Assembly: GCA_028023455.1 (NCBI GenBank)
Contig: JAQFVV010000004.1
Location: forward strand, 23,436,001 to 23,500,000
Direction of reading: 5' to 3'
DNA from: Epiperipatus broadwayi
Taxonomy: Eukaryota; Animalia; Onychophora
DNA: 64,000 nt
The notes beneath the pieces are model-generated. The model had not been told where the DNA came from. It saw nothing but the letters and a program-made list of their open reading frames with translations, and ran no database searches. Each line of letters opens with the position of its first letter. The stretch's first letter is position 1. Below are positions 61,755 to 64,000 of the stretch, piece after piece. A program made the translations under genes and the position numbers.

Positions 61755-61928
61755 ATGTTATATATAGAGCTCGCAAATAAGCTCTACTGGCTTCCTCAGT
61801 GAGATGCTAGGATATTCAAGCATTATCCTAGCACCTCACTGAGAAAGCCAGTAGCAGAATCCGGTCTGGGATTGGGGATATTCTGCAAAGTTTGTTAAGA
61901 GCTTATTTGCGAGCTCTATATATAACAT
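61755..61928. mobile_element. MITE-like element with perfect 31-bp terminal inverted repeat and internal hairpins
   Basis: atgttatatatagagctcgcaaataagctct / agagcttatttgcgagctctatatataacat. Internal hairpin tactggctt...ctaggata-ttcaagcat-tatcctag...aagccagta. Confidence 0.88.
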
Positions 61929-64000
61929 TTGTAATACAAGCTTGTTAAATTAGGTCATGTGACATGATTTGATTTCTTTATAATTATATATATATTAATA
62001 AAATTTATTCAGTTTATGTTGAAAGCACATAGATTTTAGTCTTTATTATTTTTCCTGAAATTGATGTGGAATATTCTGTATAATAAATTACTTTCTATAT
62101 AAGTTTTACAAAATTTTACGACATACTTGAAGATAATAATGACTTAAAAAAAAAGAGATGTCTAATTTTTTGCTAAACTAATATATTACATTTATATTTT
62201 TTTTAAAAAAATGTTATTGGAAAAAAGTCACCTAGTTTAGATTGGATAAGCAATCCATTCAAATGACTAAAATGTAAAATTTTATAAACTTTACTCAACT
62301 ATGAATCAATCCAGAAAATATTACTTCTTTAGTTACTACTGCACCAAACCAAAGAATAACTGACAACAAATTATTACTGAAATTATAAGAAGATTGGAAA
62401 TTAAATTTAGATACTTTCATAAATTTTCAATTAAAGATGAGACTTATGTGACATTGTATCAATTTAATAAGTAATATCACTTCATATGGCATATGTACTC
62501 CATTTAGTATGATAATACATGATAAAATTATCACAAAGTTCTTTTTATATAGTGGTGGACATGCTATAATGTATTACTTAATATAATAGTAAAGGCACTA
62601 GAAGAATTAGAATTTTAATTTTCGATGCTAAGAATATTTTGTCAGATAGTGTTATGATATTATTATGTAATACATTTCCATGGAATACACTTATGGACAA
62701 ACAATCCTTCTAATATTGACACTATCAAAAATTATAAAAGCACAAAATATTAAAAAAAAAGATCATTAGATATAAATTGATACTGAACTGTAATATATAA
62801 AAAAAAGATATTAGTTAAAAGGCTTTGTTCTGGAAATATATTTTAGATACAGCAATAGAAATAAGTAGTTTTTAATTCTCTTCCACATGATTAACAATTA
62901 AAAAATAATTAGGGAAATCATAAAAAGTTTGGAAAACATAAATGATAAGTTGGAGCCACAATCCATTAAAGTCTATCTCTCTATCATTGAGTTAGATCTT
63001 GATTTATAGTTTTGTTAGGATGTTTTAGGCTGAAATCAGAATAAAAGTTTTAAAACATTATGTATTTTAGCATCCAAAATCATCTTTCCTAATGAATGAT
63101 TCAATAAGTTAAAATCATGTTATCTGATATGACAGCATATAAAGTTGAATATATTTATATTAAAATTGTTATTATTTATAAGAATAATTTACACAGAACA
63201 AAGCTGTTAAAAAGTTTCAAATGTCTAAATAAACATAATCCATTTTTTTTCTCTAAACAGTTTAATATACAAATAAGTTTCAAGCATTTCTCAACAGTAG
63301 GAACCACTGCAAATTTTTTTTGATGTATTAGTGGGGTCATATACAATGATTAACTCATGCAATGCATAAATATACATTTCCCCATTTATTTAAAGTCTGA
63401 ACAAAGACTTCTAAGTCATATACAATGAATATTATTTACTAATAGAATTTCACCTAACTTAAACTATCAGTTTCACTGTTCAAAACCTCTGATCTCTAGA
63501 TATCACTATAACTGTCTTATAAAACATCAGACAGTTCTTATAAATATATGATATTAAATATTTTCTTAATAATATATGCTTTAATTATATTTAAAGATGA
63601 AATGTATCATATAAATTCATAAAGTCTAATATTAGAATGCACTAAATTTAAACAATGTATTTTCTTTCATGCACTCTGTATAAATAAATGTATTTTGAAT
63701 TAATACCATTAAGCATTCAAACTATTACAATTACTTTTTCATATAAATGAACTTTATTTTAAAGAAAGTTTATGGCAAAATAAAATTCATTTGAAGTATA
63801 ATAATTATTATAAGTATAAATCTTTAAAGTTAATGAAAAGATATCAAGATAAAATTATTTTGAGAATCAATAAAAAATGGGTACCTTTATGTCATACTAA
63901 TTAAAATATGCAATTCTTGTTATAATGCTGGGAAAAAAAAGCTAATTCACTGAACAAAATGTTGTGATTAATTCTATTGAAAGTTTTCTTCTGATTTTCT

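Noticed and set aside
894-63323. Most 60-120 aa ORFs in the track as real genes
   Set aside because: They are antisense shadows of TE coding strands or low-complexity AT-rich ORFs (I/F/L/K/N-rich), many with non-ATG starts and no domain motifs.

Overview
Very AT-rich eukaryotic DNA, most likely arthropod. The evidence is large spliceosomal introns, a TEP/Mcr-type gene and a dense load of decayed transposable elements. Three GT-AG exons on the minus strand (22633-22756, 15683-15913, 10424-10624) splice in compatible phase into an alpha-2-macroglobulin/thioester-protein-family peptide most like Macroglobulin complement-related (Mcr/Tep6). I did not find the other exons in the window. The introns and remaining DNA hold: a tandem pair plus a third 3' fragment of a CCHC-tailed LINE, several RTE remnants, an L1/Tx1-like remnant, two Mag-type Ty3/Gypsy elements (one with both LTRs, one carrying a 55-bp minisatellite born from its own pol), a Buster-type hAT non-autonomous element with an 8-bp TSD, two tRNA-cloverleaf SINEs with TSDs, and several foldback MITEs. 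The standout is a young Penelope-like element (49313-51796, minus). It sits inside an RTE with a perfect 13-bp TSD and has a near-intact RT + GIY-YIG ORF broken by one 1-nt frameshift. It appears circularly permuted. It carries a minimal type I hammerhead ribozyme whose core reads AUGAAUA instead of CUGANGA, so the C3-G8 tertiary pair is replaced by a compensatory A3-U8 pair, and a competing downstream hairpin could switch the ribozyme off. All calls were made by eye; no searches or folding programs were run.
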